From Psammoneis japonica (Eukaryota), in NCBI GenBank assembly GCA_008632985.1, contig QPGO01000121.1, positions 62,001 through 126,000 of the forward strand: DNA of 64,000 nucleotides, written 5' to 3'. The first letter of the stretch is position 1. Each line of letters starts with the position of its first letter. The notes beneath the pieces were generated by a model, which made no database searches, was not told the origin of the DNA, and saw only the letters and a program-made list of their open reading frames with translations. Shown here one piece after another: positions 62,708 to 64,000 of this stretch. A program made the position numbers and the translations under genes.

Positions 62708-63280
62708 TGTTATCGTTTGCTCGCGGCCACGGCCACCGGCCACGACATGATGGTGCAGCATGTTCTTGTCTCTTGTCTGCGTGTCTTTTGTGTTGGGTGC
62801 TGGAAAAAGCACACAACCGGACCAAAATGCTACAATGCAGGATATTCCTACTAGATCACTCTATTTTACTTGTACGGGACAACCTAATCTATCGGTATGA
62901 TAGAATAGAGGCCTCGTCAAATAGCAGTTCTGTTATCCTTCACTGACACAATGATGACGAGCACATCATTCTGTGTGTTCTTCTTCCCTTATCTCCTCCG
63001 GCATTTGGCATCCTGTGTGATGACCGCATCGCCATTGCCACGCAAGAGCCATTATTCATTACCCTCATACAATATAACACTCCCATCCTTGACACTGTCC
63101 CTTCTCGTCAGATACACCAACACATTTGCTCCGTTCCATTCGAGCAGTTTCATCGCAGAGAGGCAACGCAGCCAACGAATGTGACGGACGACGACTCATC
63201 CTTGCGCAAAATATTCGAGTGAAACGAAAAAGATACTGGCGCTGCAGGAGTGCTTGGAAACAAGTCTCGTTTTCAAAATC

Positions 63281-64000
63281 ATGGAACAGTCTTCGTCAAG
63301 TTCCAGCAGCAGCATTGACATGTCAGCGGATTGGTTCTGCGCTTTGTCACAAGATGAGCAAGAGGATGTTCGTCGCTTCCAAGAGAATGATCCAACATTG
63401 ACGGTGCTTAATCTCTGGGGCAATTCCATTGGAGACGAGGGTGCCGCGGCCATTGGAAAAGCGCTAGAGACGAATAAAACATTGAAGCAGCTTAATCTCT
63501 TCAGCAATTCCATTGGAGACGAGGGTGCCGCGGCCATTGGCAAAGCGCTAGAGAAGAATAAAACATTGACGAAGCTTGTTCTTGGCTTCAATTCCATTGG
63601 AGACAATGGTGTCTCGGCCATTGGAAAAGCGCTAGAAAAGAATAAAACATTGACGAAGCTTGTTCTTGGCTTCAATTCCATTGGAGACAATGGTGTCTCG
63701 GCCATTGGAAAAGTGCTGGCAATGAATACAACATTGACGGTGCTTGATCTCAACAGCAATTCCATTGGATTTGAGGGTGCTGCGGCCATTGGAAAAGCAC
63801 TAGAAACAAATGAAACATTGAAGGAGCTTTATCTCGACAGCAATTCCATTGGAGACGAGGGTGCCGTGGCTTTTGGAAAAGCTCTAGAGACGAATAAAGC
63901 ATTGACGGTGCTTTATCTCTACAAAAATTCCATTGGAGACAAGGGTGCCGTGGCCATTGGAAAAGCGCTAGAAAAGAATAAAACATTGACGGAGCTTTAT
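63281..64000 (+). CDS. Leucine-rich repeat protein (RI-like/NLRC3-type, 28-aa repeats), running off the window
   Basis: Open frame ...ENDPTLTVLNLWGNSIGDEGAAAIGKALETNKTL... with 84-bp repeats to the window end. Absent from the ORF track because there is no stop within the window. Confidence 0.9.
   Translation, partial: MEQSSSSSSSSIDMSADWFCALSQDEQEDVRRFQENDPTLTVLNLWGNSIGDEGAAAIGKALETNKTLKQLNLFSNSIGDEGAAAIGKALEKNKTLTKLVLGFNSIGDNGVSAIGKALEKNKTLTKLVLGFNSIGDNGVSAIGKVLAMNTTLTVLDLNSNSIGFEGAAAIGKALETNETLKELYLDSNSIGDEGAVAFGKALETNKALTVLYLYKNSIGDKGAVAIGKALEKNKTLTELY

Noticed and set aside
63196..63986. Minus-strand repetitive ORFs (MAAAPSSPMELL...)
   Set aside because: Antisense shadow of the plus-strand LRR gene.

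Overview
Eukaryotic nuclear DNA, most likely from a diatom. Support: bipartite plastid-targeting presequences, a symbiont-type Derlin, and diatom-like Copia retrotransposons. About 15 host genes are interspersed with decayed retroelements. The host genes include an HDAC, AMMECR1, an S1 RNA-binding protein, Derlin, a UVR/SnoaL protein, chlP, a formin, an AAA/STAND protein, p24, a DUF4243-like protein, an NCA2-like protein and an LRR protein. The retroelements are three Ty1/Copia LTR elements, a CRE-like non-LTR element and a nested TRIM. The main finding is a transposon-restricted, strand-symmetric TpA->TpG/CpA (A:T->G:C) hypermutation. It turns conserved Tyr codons into Cys/His and erases TAA/TAG stops. 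It stops at element boundaries, spares non-TE duplications, and in one element occurs without matching CpG loss. It looks like a genome-defence process running in the opposite direction to fungal RIP. Other notable items: a sequence-variant U2 snRNA gene and a truncated U2 copy folded against its own antisense; a TRIM with a tRNA-like internal segment; two near-identical neighbouring introns; and an inserted HET/TIR-like gene between duplicated flanks. Single-base frameshifts in several conserved genes are probably assembly indel errors. All alignments and counts were done by eye.
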